Positions 10,166 to 19,173 of a DNA stretch of 40,894 bases are shown here, in pieces. The position numbers and the translations under genes were made by a program. The stretch is from a candidate division WOR-3 bacterium (GTDB lineage Bacteria; Hydrothermota; Tepidihabitantia; Tepidihabitantales; Tepidihabitantaceae): positions 1 to 40,894 of the forward strand of contig JBBISL010000018.1 in assembly GCA_037441285.1 (NCBI GenBank), given 5' to 3'. The notes beneath the pieces are model-generated. The model had not been told where the DNA came from and searched no databases. It saw nothing but the letters and a program-made list of their open reading frames with translations. Position 1 is the first letter of the stretch. Each line of letters begins with the position of its first letter.

Positions 10166-10851
10166 AGAAAACGGGATTCGTTATCGCGATTGACGGACCT
10201 GCTGGGTCCGGTAAATCAACGACCGCGCGGTTGTGTGCCCAAAAGTTAGGTTTTTGTTATCTTGATACCGGGGCGATGTACCGGGCGGTAACTTTGAAGG
10301 TGCTGAGAAGCGGGATTGATATCGGCGATGAAGATGCCCTAAAACGGTTACTCGATTCAACCAAGGTCGATATTGTGTGGCATCGCGGTAAGTTGCAGGT
10401 AAGGTTAGACGGTCAAGATGTGACCGAGGCGATAAGGAGTCCGGCGGTTAGCGGGTTGGTTTCTGAAGTTAGTGCCATTGCTGCCGTACGAGCAAAGATG
10501 GTTCGGGAACAGCGTCGTCTGGCAAGAGGTAAAAATGTGGTGTGCGAAGGACGGGATATCGGCAGCGTTGTTTTTCCCAGGGCACAATTGAAGGTTTTTC
10601 TTGATTGCGCCCTGGGCGAAAGGGTGAAGCGTCGGGAACAGGAATTGAATAGCAGCGGGCAGACCAAAGTAGGAAGAGAAGCGGTAAGGAGAAACCTTTT
10701 GAAACGGGACCGGATTGATTCTCATCGGCTCATTTCACCATTGCGCCGGGTACCCGATGCGGTTTTGATTGATACCACCGATTTGACAATTGATGAACAG
10801 GTGGCAGTGGTTTGTGCCCTGGCACGGCAGCGCCTTACAGGAAGAAGATGA
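10162..10851 (+). CDS. cmk: Cytidylate kinase
   Basis: IAIDGPAGSGKST, LDTGAMYR, EGRDIG, RDRID. GTGA overlap. Confidence 0.97.
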   Translation: MKKTGFVIAIDGPAGSGKSTTARLCAQKLGFCYLDTGAMYRAVTLKVLRSGIDIGDEDALKRLLDSTKVDIVWHRGKLQVRLDGQDVTEAIRSPAVSGLVSEVSAIAAVRAKMVREQRRLARGKNVVCEGRDIGSVVFPRAQLKVFLDCALGERVKRREQELNSSGQTKVGREAVRRNLLKRDRIDSHRLISPLRRVPDAVLIDTTDLTIDEQVAVVCALARQRLTGRR

Positions 10852-11507
10852 GGTTACGGTGGCGGATTGCCTGGCTTGGGACCTATCCTCTGGCGAAGTT
10901 GTTATTGGGACTGCGGGTCGTGGGACGGGAGCATCTTGTTAACGGTGGACAGATAATCGCCGCAAATCACACTTCCAATTTTGACCCTTTGATTCTGGGC
11001 TGGGCAGCGGCAAGAGAGGTTTACTTCCTTGCGAAAGAGGAGCTTTTTCGGTATCGACCTTTTGCCTGGTTAATCAAGAGCTGGAATGCGCTGCCCGTGG
11101 GGAGAAAAGGAATTGACCTGGGCGCGATAAAGCGCTGTGGAGCGGTTTTGCGTCGGAACCAGACGCTGGTTCTGTTTCCTGAAGGGACGAGAAGCAGAAA
11201 CGGCGAAATCGGGGCGTTTAAACCCGGAGTCGGGATGCTGGCGGTTCTTAATCAGGTGCCGGTTATACCGGCATTTATTTCTGGTATGGCACAGTCGATT
11301 GTCTCTTACTGGGTTGACCGGGATTTTGTGAGGCTGGGGTTGCGCCACAAACCCAAGGGGCGGGGAGCAATCGAGGTACGGTTTGGTTTGCCGGTGTACC
11401 CAGATGATTATGAGGCGAGTCGGACCGGCTACGAACGGTTAACCGCCGAGGTTTTCAGACGGGTCCAGGCAGAGGCACAGAAGAGCAAGGGCGCAGAGGT
11501 AAAGTAG
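10848..11507 (+). CDS. plsC: 1-acyl-sn-glycerol-3-phosphate acyltransferase
   Basis: NHTSNFD (HX4D), FLAKEELF, LFPEGTRS. Start moved to ATG 10848 (ATGA overlap with cmk). Confidence 0.93.
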   Translation: MRLRWRIAWLGTYPLAKLLLGLRVVGREHLVNGGQIIAANHTSNFDPLILGWAAAREVYFLAKEELFRYRPFAWLIKSWNALPVGRKGIDLGAIKRCGAVLRRNQTLVLFPEGTRSRNGEIGAFKPGVGMLAVLNQVPVIPAFISGMAQSIVSYWVDRDFVRLGLRHKPKGRGAIEVRFGLPVYPDDYEASRTGYERLTAEVFRRVQAEAQKSKGAEVK

Positions 11508-11509
11508 AT

Positions 11510-12376
11510 ATGCCCAAGGTGATTATCGCTCAACCGACCGGATTTTGTTTCGGGGTGGAGAGGGCAATCAAACTGGCAAAAGGGGGATTAAAACGATTGG
11601 GAAAGGTTTATACACTCGGGCAACTGGTGCACAATCCGCAAGTGCTCGACGAACTCACAAGCGCGGGAATAAGGGCGGTACTAAGCCTGGATGAGGTGCA
11701 GGATGGGGCGCTGGTGATAAGGGCGCATGGATGTCCGCCCGAGGTTTTTGATGAATGTGAGCGAAGGCAGATTGAGGTGATTGATGCGACCTGTCCTTAT
11801 GTGCGGCGGGTTCAGCAGGTTGCCCGGCGGCTGGCAGCAGAAGGTTATCAGGTTGTTGTTGTTGGGGAAAAGAATCATCCCGAGGTCAAGGCGATTCTTG
11901 CCGCTGCCGGCAATGGGGCAAGGGTGTTCGCACCCCGAATGAAAATCTCAGGACGGGTTGGGATTGTGGCGCAGACGACAATCGGGCGGGAGCGGCTTAA
12001 GGAAGCAGTTGCCAATCTGCTTAATTTTCGCTATACTGAAATCCGGGTTTTCGACACCGTCTGTGCCGAAGTAGTGGCGCGGCAGGAAGCGGCGCTGCGG
12101 CTGGCGAAGCGGGTTGATGCGATTGTTGTGGTAGGAGGTAAGAACAGCGCCAATACCCGACGGCTGGCAGAGATTGTTCGGTCGAGCGGTAAACCGGTGG
12201 TCCATCTGACTGGTGCGACGGGGTTTAATCTGAGACGCTGGGCGCGCTTTAAAAAAATCGGGATTGTTGCTGGTGCCTCAACTCCGGCCAAGGCGGTGGA
12301 AGAAATTGCCCGAATACTTAGAGATTCTGGTTGTGATAAACAACCAAGTTTAAGGAGGTCTGTCAGTAATGAGTGA
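11510..12376 (+). CDS. ispH: 4-hydroxy-3-methylbut-2-enyl diphosphate reductase
   Basis: GFCFGV, VHN, RAHG, DATCP, HPEV, AQTT, DTVC, SANT, AGASTP. Confidence 0.97.
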   Translation: MPKVIIAQPTGFCFGVERAIKLAKGGLKRLGKVYTLGQLVHNPQVLDELTSAGIRAVLSLDEVQDGALVIRAHGCPPEVFDECERRQIEVIDATCPYVRRVQQVARRLAAEGYQVVVVGEKNHPEVKAILAAAGNGARVFAPRMKISGRVGIVAQTTIGRERLKEAVANLLNFRYTEIRVFDTVCAEVVARQEAALRLAKRVDAIVVVGGKNSANTRRLAEIVRSSGKPVVHLTGATGFNLRRWARFKKIGIVAGASTPAKAVEEIARILRDSGCDKQPSLRRSVSNE

Positions 12377-14057
12377 AGGTATTAATAACAACAGTCAAGC
12401 GCGGTTAGAGTCAGGAGATATCTACACCGGTTCCTTCCCATCATATCGGGAGGGTGAAATCGTTACCGGTACGATTATTAAAAAGTTACCCAATGCGGTA
12501 CTGGTCGATATTGGGTTGAAGGCAGAGGGTATTCTGCCGCTGGATGAGTTCCGCAATCCCGAAGAGGCGGTTGAGGGACAGCAGGTCCAGGTGTACATCG
12601 ATGCGCTCGAAGACAAAGAGGGCTTTCCGGTCATCTCCAAGAAGAAGGCGGATTTTCAGCTGGCGTGGGAGACGATTAAGCAGAAGTCCGAACAGGGTGA
12701 GCCGGTAAATGCGGTGGTGTTACGCCGGGTCAAAGGGGGACTGGCGGTTGATGTTTTGGGGCTGGATGCTTTTCTGCCCGGGTCACAGGTTGATATGCGG
12801 CCAGTAGCGAATCTCGATGCTCTGGTAGGCAAGGTGTTTGAGGTGAAAATTCTTTCGGTGAACTGGCATAAGAAAAACATCGTTGTATCCCGACGGGCGT
12901 TGCTTGAGGAACGACAGGAGGCGCTGCGCCAGGAGTTGTTGTCGAAGTTGCAGGTCGGCGATGTAATCGAAGGAACGGTCAAGACGATAACCGAGTTTGG
13001 TGCATTTATTGATATCGGCGGTGTTGATGCCCTGCTGCATATCTCAGACCTGGCATGGGTCAAAGTGGTTCATCCCAGCGAAGTGGTCCAGGTGGGCGAG
13101 AAGTTAAAAGTGAAGGTGCTTTCAGCCCATATGAACACCGGCCGGATTACGGTGGGATTGAAGCAGTTGACGCCGCATCCCTGGGAGAAGGTGGAGGAGA
13201 AGTATCAGATTGGTTCGCGGGTGAAAGGACGGGTGACAACGCTGGCGGAGTATGGGGCTTTTGTAGAGTTAGAGAAAGGTATCGAGGGGTTAATCCACAT
13301 TTCCGAAATGTCCTGGACGAAGACGATTCACCATCCCGCCCAGATACTTTCGGTTGACCAGGAGGTGGAGGCGGTGGTGTTGAACATCGACAAGGAGAAC
13401 CGCCGGATTTCCCTCGGTTTGAAACAGACGATGCCCGACCCCTGGTCGCTAATTGATGAACGCTACAAGGTGGGGCAGCGGGTTACCGGTAAGGTGAAGG
13501 CGCTCAAGGATTTTGGGGCGTTTGTGGAACTGGAGGAGGGTATTGAGGGTTTAATCCATAATGGCGACCTGTCGTGGACGAAGAAGGTTAAGCATCCGCG
13601 CGAGGTGGTGAAGAAGGGACAGACGGTGGAAACGATTATCCTGGAGATTGACAAGGAGAACCGCCGGATTTCCCTCGGTTTGAAGCAGACGCAGGAAGAC
13701 CCGTTTTACCGACTGACTCAGGAGATGAAAGAGGGTGATATCGTCAAGGCACGGATTCTTGATATTCCCAAGCCCGGAATCGTAGTCGGGTTGAACTACG
13801 GAATTGAGGGGTTTGTGCCTTTGAGCCAGTTGGCGCAAGGCGCCGGTAAAAAGGTGAAGGAAAGTTATCTGATTGGTCAGGAACTGGAGTTGAAGGTGCT
13901 GCGGGTCGATGTGAACAATCGGCGGGTGATTTTAAGTGAGAAGGCGCTGCAGCCCCGCTCGAAACCGGAAGAGGAAACCGAAGAGATTATTGAAGAAGAG
14001 TTGCCACCGGACAAATTTACCCTTGGGGACCATCTGCGCGATATCGAGGGTCTTTAG
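12369..14057 (+). CDS. rpsA: 30S ribosomal protein S1 (six S1 domains)
   Basis: Repeated GAFV/GLIHISE S1 domains, AFLPGSQVD. SD AAGGAGG. Confidence 0.98.
   Translation: MSEGINNNSQARLESGDIYTGSFPSYREGEIVTGTIIKKLPNAVLVDIGLKAEGILPLDEFRNPEEAVEGQQVQVYIDALEDKEGFPVISKKKADFQLAWETIKQKSEQGEPVNAVVLRRVKGGLAVDVLGLDAFLPGSQVDMRPVANLDALVGKVFEVKILSVNWHKKNIVVSRRALLEERQEALRQELLSKLQVGDVIEGTVKTITEFGAFIDIGGVDALLHISDLAWVKVVHPSEVVQVGEKLKVKVLSAHMNTGRITVGLKQLTPHPWEKVEEKYQIGSRVKGRVTTLAEYGAFVELEKGIEGLIHISEMSWTKTIHHPAQILSVDQEVEAVVLNIDKENRRISLGLKQTMPDPWSLIDERYKVGQRVTGKVKALKDFGAFVELEEGIEGLIHNGDLSWTKKVKHPREVVKKGQTVETIILEIDKENRRISLGLKQTQEDPFYRLTQEMKEGDIVKARILDIPKPGIVVGLNYGIEGFVPLSQLAQGAGKKVKESYLIGQELELKVLRVDVNNRRVILSEKALQPRSKPEEETEEIIEEELPPDKFTLGDHLRDIEGL
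13389..13684 (+). repeat. 35-bp identical direct repeat within rpsA (13389-13423 and 13650-13684)
   Basis: GACAAGGAGAACCGCCGGATTTCCCTCGGTTTGAA occurs twice, in adjacent S1 domains. Confidence 0.9.
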
Positions 14058-14060
14058 TTA

Positions 14061-15281
14061 ATGACCGCAGCGGTTATAACCGTTGGCTGTCGGCTGAATC
14101 AAGCCGAGAGTGACTGCTTGCGGGCGCGGCTTCAGCAGCAGGGGGTAAAACTGGTAACCAATCCCCGGGAAGCGGATGCGGTCTATGTCAATACCTGCAC
14201 CGTTACCACCAATGCCGACCGCAGTTCGCTGGCGCTGATTCGGCGCCTCAGCCGATTACAGCCCAAGCCGCGGATTGTGGTTCTTGGTTGTTACGCTGAA
14301 CGGGCTCTCGCCCAGTTGACCTCTCTTCCCGGTGTGGATGAAGTCTGGAACAACTGGCGGAAGCAAAAGGAAATTGCGGGCGTTGTGCCGCTGGCGGTGC
14401 GCAGTCGAGCGCTACTCAAAGTCCAGGACGGATGCGACAACGGCTGTAGTTACTGTGTGGTGGCGCAGGTAAGGGGCAAGCCTGTTTCTTTACCGGCGGA
14501 AAAGGTGCGGGAGCAGTTCCTCGAGCTTCGGAAGCAAGGTTTTCAAGAGGTGGTGCTTACGGGCTTGAACCTCGGGAAGTATCAGAGTGAGGGTTACAAA
14601 CTGGCAGGTTTGCTTGCTTTGTTGCTAAAAGTCCCGGGACGGTTCCGAATCAGGATGGCATCGATTGAGCCGGACTGTTTTGACGAAGAGTTGCTGGAAG
14701 TTATCCAGGATTCAAGGGTGTGCGCTCATTTTCACATTCCGCTGCAGAGTGGTGATGACCGAATTCTGGCGATGATGGGTCGGCGTTATACCAGTGCTTA
14801 TTATCGAAAGGTAATCGAACGACTGGAAGCGGTGAAGCCGGAAGCGAACATCGGCGCCGATGTGATAGTAGGCTTTCCCGGTGAAGATGAAGCGTCGTTT
14901 GCCCGCACGGAAGATTTCTTGCAGTCGGTGCCGGTCAAATATCTCCATGTCTTTCCTTATGCGGTGCGTCCTGGAACGCGGGCGGCGGTGTTGGGTGATG
15001 TTGTGGACCGGTTGATAAAGCAGAAGCGGGTGCAGCGATTGCGGGAGTTTTCGGAGAAAAGGCGGGCAGCGTACTACCAGCGGTTTGACCGAACGGTGCG
15101 CGAGGCGGTGCTGGAACCGGGTGGCAAGGCATTAACCGATAACTATCTGCGGGTGACTATCGTGCCAACCGGGAAAGATTACCGATGCGGGCAACTTGCC
15201 CGAATTAAATTGCGGGTTGAAGCAGATGGCCGGCTGATTTCGGGCCAGTTGCTTGACACTGCAGAAAAGGAGGCGCAATGA
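14061..15281 (+). CDS. mtaB: tRNA methylthiotransferase (MtaB-type radical SAM)
   Basis: GCRLNQAES, NTCTVT, KVQDGCDNGCSYC, HIPLQSG, DVIVGFPGE, HVFPY. Confidence 0.88.
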   Translation: MTAAVITVGCRLNQAESDCLRARLQQQGVKLVTNPREADAVYVNTCTVTTNADRSSLALIRRLSRLQPKPRIVVLGCYAERALAQLTSLPGVDEVWNNWRKQKEIAGVVPLAVRSRALLKVQDGCDNGCSYCVVAQVRGKPVSLPAEKVREQFLELRKQGFQEVVLTGLNLGKYQSEGYKLAGLLALLLKVPGRFRIRMASIEPDCFDEELLEVIQDSRVCAHFHIPLQSGDDRILAMMGRRYTSAYYRKVIERLEAVKPEANIGADVIVGFPGEDEASFARTEDFLQSVPVKYLHVFPYAVRPGTRAAVLGDVVDRLIKQKRVQRLREFSEKRRAAYYQRFDRTVREAVLEPGGKALTDNYLRVTIVPTGKDYRCGQLARIKLRVEADGRLISGQLLDTAEKEAQ

Positions 15282-16285
15282 AAGCGCAGATGTGCAGAAG
15301 AGCAGAAGTGTGGCGGCCGCGCTTTTCGGCGGCGGCGTTATTCGGCTCGATTGGATGGCTGCTGATTTTAGTTCTCGGTGCGCGGGCTGAGGGCAAAGAG
15401 TTCAAGGTTGGTTATGTGAATTCGGAGCGGATTATCGCACAGTACGAGGGTGCAAGGGCGGCAAAAAAGGAGCTGGATAAAGAGATTGCGGCTTACGAAG
15501 CAAAGGCCGAGTCCCTGAGACAGGAGTATGAGCAGGCAAAAGAGGAGTATGAGTCCCAGCAGCTTTCCCTTTCTGAGGAGGGAAAGCGGGCAAAAATGGC
15601 CGAGGTGGAAAGCCGCAAGCAACGCTACGACAGTTATCTCGTCCAGGTTTACGGTAAAAATGGGAAGATTGAGCAAAAGAATCAGGAACTCCTGGCGCCA
15701 ATTGTTGAGCAGATTGACTCGGCGGTACGCACGGTAGCACAACAGGAGGGGTTCGCCTTGGTAGTTGATGCGGAAAAAGCGGGGATTATTTTCGGTGAGG
15801 TGGGGCTGGATTTAACCGAACTGGTGCTTGAAGAGCTGAACCGGCGTTATGCCCCGGTACCGGCAACCGGTCCGGTCAAAAAGGTATATGCAATTATGGC
15901 GATTTACGATGCCAACGATGAGGCACAGCGGGAGCGAATTGGGGCGCAGATTAGAGGGTTTGTGAATGCCCTGCTCGGTTCCAAGGCAAATGTCGAGGTG
16001 TTGCCGGACCGAAAGGTGGATGAGGTGGTGCAGGCGCGCGGCTATGGTAGCCAGCAGATTCAGATGGAGCAGGCGCTGGATGTTGCTCGCGCCCTGGACG
16101 CCGACTGCTGCATTTTTGGCGAATGTTCCAAGCGGGAGCGCCAGATAACATTTCAGCTGTCGGTGGTTGATGTACGAACCGGGGTGCTGATTAAATCTCA
16201 GGATGGTACGGCGGAGCGCAAAGAGGTGCTGCGCGAGCGGGTGAGCAGCGTGGTCCAGACGCTTTACTCCAGCATTAATCCTTAA
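15278..16285 (+). CDS. skp: OmpH/Skp chaperone fused to a C-terminal CsgG/FlgO/TolB-N-like alpha-beta domain
   Basis: Signal peptide, KVGYVN, long coiled coil, VAQQEGFALVVD..DLTELVL, then about 140 extra residues (ARALDADCCIFG..LSVVDVRTG). Located before lpxD. Confidence 0.85.
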   Translation: MKAQMCRRAEVWRPRFSAAALFGSIGWLLILVLGARAEGKEFKVGYVNSERIIAQYEGARAAKKELDKEIAAYEAKAESLRQEYEQAKEEYESQQLSLSEEGKRAKMAEVESRKQRYDSYLVQVYGKNGKIEQKNQELLAPIVEQIDSAVRTVAQQEGFALVVDAEKAGIIFGEVGLDLTELVLEELNRRYAPVPATGPVKKVYAIMAIYDANDEAQRERIGAQIRGFVNALLGSKANVEVLPDRKVDEVVQARGYGSQQIQMEQALDVARALDADCCIFGECSKRERQITFQLSVVDVRTGVLIKSQDGTAERKEVLRERVSSVVQTLYSSINP

Positions 16286-16288
16286 GCC

Positions 16289-16530
16289 CTTCTACTCTTG
16301 AAAACGCAGAAGTTAAATAGTGGAGAAGTACCGAAGAATAGAAGACCCGAAGGCCGCATATTGACCCTCCTCTTTGTCCCATCCCATCAAGGGAGGGGAA
16401 GAAGTCTGGGATGTTCCCATCAAGAGATAGGAAGATGGCTCCCGCGCAATTTGAGCGCCGAGGGGCAGAACCGCCGAAAACATTGAGCGCCCCGAAGAGT
16501 AGAAGTGCCGAAGAGCAGAATGGCAGAACT
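16289..16530. repeat. Mosaic of short repeats between skp and lpxD
   Basis: 11-bp perfect inverted repeat (16289-16299 / 16495-16505), 8-nt-period GAAnnnnn runs, 21-bp direct repeat with 18/21 identity (16382-16402 / 16415-16435), CCCTCC...GGAGGG stem. Confidence 0.7.
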
Positions 16531-17169
16531 CATCTACCGTCATTCGTCTGGATAGAACCCGGGGCAAAGGTTGCGGATACGGTACAGGTGGCACCGTTTG
16601 TTTATATCGGTCCCGAGGTGGAGATTGGTGCGGAAACGGTGCTGAGTGCCGGGGTTATTATCTGGAGGAGGGTAAAAATTGGCTGCCGGGTCAGGATTGG
16701 TCCCGGCACGGTGATTGGCTGGGATGGTTTCGGCTATGAGAAGGATGGGGCAGTTTTCCGGAGGCGGGAGCACGACGGTTGGGTGGTTGTTGAGGACGAT
16801 GTTGAAATCGGGCCCAATGTTACAGTGGCACAGGCAAAGACCGGAAGGAAGACGATAATTGGACAGGGGACAAAGATTGATGCGCAGGTACACATCGCCC
16901 ACAATGTGAAGATTGGTAAGAACTGTATCATTGTTGCCCAGAGCGGTATTGCGGGTAGCACAACGGTTGGCGATGGGGTGATGATTGCGGGTCAGAGCGG
17001 GATAAAGGACCATATTGCAATCGGTGCCAACAGTGTGATTTATGCGAAGTCGGCGGTGTTCCGGTCGGTTCCGGCCGGGGCAAAATACTGGGGAATACCG
17101 GCTCGCCCCTATGAAGAGATGGTCAGGTTCTGGGCAAAGTTGTGGCAAACATTTGGCAGGGATAAGTGA
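16435..17169 (+). CDS. lpxD: UDP-3-O-acyl-glucosamine N-acyltransferase, lacking the usual N-terminal domain
   Basis: Hexapeptide repeats, DGFGY, KIDxxVHIAHNV, GQSGIKDH, GIPARP. Start uncertain (16411 or 16435). Confidence 0.85.
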   Translation: MAPAQFERRGAEPPKTLSAPKSRSAEEQNGRTHLPSFVWIEPGAKVADTVQVAPFVYIGPEVEIGAETVLSAGVIIWRRVKIGCRVRIGPGTVIGWDGFGYEKDGAVFRRREHDGWVVVEDDVEIGPNVTVAQAKTGRKTIIGQGTKIDAQVHIAHNVKIGKNCIIVAQSGIAGSTTVGDGVMIAGQSGIKDHIAIGANSVIYAKSAVFRSVPAGAKYWGIPARPYEEMVRFWAKLWQTFGRDK

Positions 17170-17999
17170 GCCAATTTACCATCAGGCGAGAGGCAGAGAT
17201 TGCGGGTTGGGGGTTGAAAACCAAGAAAAGGGTAAAAATGAGGGTTCGACCCGGAGTTCCGGGTTCGGGAATAGTTTTCAATCGGGTCATTAAAGCCCAT
17301 TGGACAAACGCCGGTGCCGGGAATGGTTACACCTATCTTACCGATGGAAAGTGTCGGCTCTTGACGGTAGAGCATTTTCTCGCCACCTGTTACTGCCTTG
17401 GGGTTACCGACATTGAGGTTGAGGTTGAAGGGGCGGAGTTACCTTTTGATGATGGCAGCGCCCGGCACTTTGTCCGGCTTTTACAGCGGGCGGGTTTACA
17501 GCGTCAGGATAACGGTGCCCGGTTTTTAAGAGTTAACCAGCCGGTTGGTGTAAAGTCGGGCGAGCGGTTTATCATTGCCCTGCCCGGTGCCGGTTTAAGA
17601 TTTCACATTTTTTATGAGATTAAGGGTATCGTGCCGATGCAATTTTTTTCGGGCCTGATTACACCCAATTTTTTTATCCGGGAGATTGCGCCGGCGCGGA
17701 CATTTGGAAAGACAACTACTGGCAAACGAGTGGGAAAGTTGGTCGGTTTCAAGTTACGGGAGGTAAACGGCTGGCTTTTTCCCGCGCGCCAGCGTTTCGC
17801 AAACGAGCCCTGCCGGCACAAGGTGCTTGATTTGCTGGGTGATTTGACGCTTCTGGAGTGTCAACTTGAGGCGGAGCTCATCGCATTTAACCCCGGGCAC
17901 AGATTAAACCTAAGTCTGGTCCAAAAGTTAAGGAAGTTCATAAAATTTAGCGGTTCCAAAACGGGCATGGGATGCCATGCCTTTGCAAAGGAGGGTTGA
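17166..17999 (+). CDS. lpxC: UDP-3-O-acyl-GlcNAc deacetylase (divergent)
   Basis: TVEH, DGSA, IAPARTFG, NEPCRHKVLDLLGDL, GHxLN. Confidence 0.93.
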   Translation: MSQFTIRREAEIAGWGLKTKKRVKMRVRPGVPGSGIVFNRVIKAHWTNAGAGNGYTYLTDGKCRLLTVEHFLATCYCLGVTDIEVEVEGAELPFDDGSARHFVRLLQRAGLQRQDNGARFLRVNQPVGVKSGERFIIALPGAGLRFHIFYEIKGIVPMQFFSGLITPNFFIREIAPARTFGKTTTGKRVGKLVGFKLREVNGWLFPARQRFANEPCRHKVLDLLGDLTLLECQLEAELIAFNPGHRLNLSLVQKLRKFIKFSGSKTGMGCHAFAKEG

Positions 18000-18421
18000 T
18001 GGCAGTTGATATCAATGTCAAGGAGTATCTGCCCCATCGGGAGCCGTTTTTGTTTATTGACGGTGTGGCGCGGCTCGAGGGAGATGAGATTGAGGCGTGG
18101 CGCGATGTCCGCGCAGACGAGTTCTACTTTGCCGGACATTTTCCGGGAAACCCGATTCTCCCCGGTGTTTTGATGGTTGAGGCGATTGCTCAGGCGGGCA
18201 TTGTGCTGGCGCTGGTAAAGGAGCCGGAGAAAAAAGGCAAGGCGACCCTTTTTGCCGGAATTGAGCGGGTGCGGTTTCGGCGGGTGGTCAGACCCGGGGA
18301 ACGGTTGCGCATTGTGGTGCGGCTGGTTACAGCAAAAGCCGGTTTGTACAAGTTTGAAGGCACCGTTTTCGTAGAAGGAGAGCGGGCGTGCGAGGCGGTG
18401 GTGATGGGCGCGGTCCGTTAG
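17999..18421 (+). CDS. fabZ: 3-hydroxyacyl-ACP dehydratase
   Basis: LPHREPFLFID, GHFPGNPILPGVLMVEAIAQ. Start set at ATG 17999 (TGATG overlap, SD AAGGAGG). Confidence 0.96.
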   Translation: MAVDINVKEYLPHREPFLFIDGVARLEGDEIEAWRDVRADEFYFAGHFPGNPILPGVLMVEAIAQAGIVLALVKEPEKKGKATLFAGIERVRFRRVVRPGERLRIVVRLVTAKAGLYKFEGTVFVEGERACEAVVMGAVR

Positions 18422-19173
18422 TGCACCCGAGCGCCCTTGTCGGTGCCGAAGTGGTGCTGGGTCCGGGGTGTGAAATTGGGCCATTCTGCCGTTTTGAAGG
18501 GAGGGTAACGGTGGGTGCCAATTGCCGGTTTGGCACGGGCGTAGTTGTCGGTACCGAGCCGATGGACCGTTCCTATCAGGGTGAAAAGAGTGAAGTGGTG
18601 ATTGGTCAGAACAATGTGTTTTTTGAGTATGTTACGGTGCACCGTGCCTGTGGGCCAGGAAAGGTAACTTCGATTGGCGACGGCAATTACATAATGAACT
18701 ATGTCCACATCGCCCATAACTGCCGGCTGGGCAACAACTGCGTTTTAACCAATGGGGTACAGTTAGGTGGTTACAGCGAGGTGCACGACGGTGCCAATCT
18801 GGGCGGATTGACCGGTGTTCATCAGTTTTGCCGGATAGGGAAACTGGCAATGGTCGGTGCGCACTCTTATGTCAATCGCGATATCCCGCCGTTTGTGCTT
18901 GCTGCGGGCAAGCCCTGTCGGGTGCGCGGGTTAAATATGGTTGGTTTACACCGTGCTAAAATGGCACAGGAAAAGATTGAACTCCTAAGCGAGTTGTTTC
19001 GGATTGTGTATCGGTCCGGGCTTAACCTGAGTCCGGCACTGAAAAGGGTTGAGCAGGAGCTGCGGGAGAGTTGTGCGGCGGATGAGGTCAAAGAGTTTAT
19101 TGAGTTCTGTTGCAATTCAAAACGGGGTATTGAGTTGCGCACCGGTCCTGAGGAGGTGCAGGGTGACTTATAA
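18421..19173 (+). CDS. lpxA: Acyl-ACP--UDP-GlcNAc O-acyltransferase
   Basis: HPSALV, HIAHNC, VHQFCRIG, DIPPF, GLNMVGL. Probable GTG start overlapping the fabZ stop (TAGTG). Confidence 0.94.
   Translation: MHPSALVGAEVVLGPGCEIGPFCRFEGRVTVGANCRFGTGVVVGTEPMDRSYQGEKSEVVIGQNNVFFEYVTVHRACGPGKVTSIGDGNYIMNYVHIAHNCRLGNNCVLTNGVQLGGYSEVHDGANLGGLTGVHQFCRIGKLAMVGAHSYVNRDIPPFVLAAGKPCRVRGLNMVGLHRAKMAQEKIELLSELFRIVYRSGLNLSPALKRVEQELRESCAADEVKEFIEFCCNSKRGIELRTGPEEVQGDL

Noticed and set aside
16306..16530. Possible CRISPR array
   Set aside because: Units are 8-21 nt and degenerate, with no regular unique spacers and no cas genes.
16298..16594. 62-aa (+) and 93-aa (-) ORFs at the skp-lpxD junction
   Set aside because: Translations of repeat DNA. 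Neither resembles the missing LpxD N-terminal domain.
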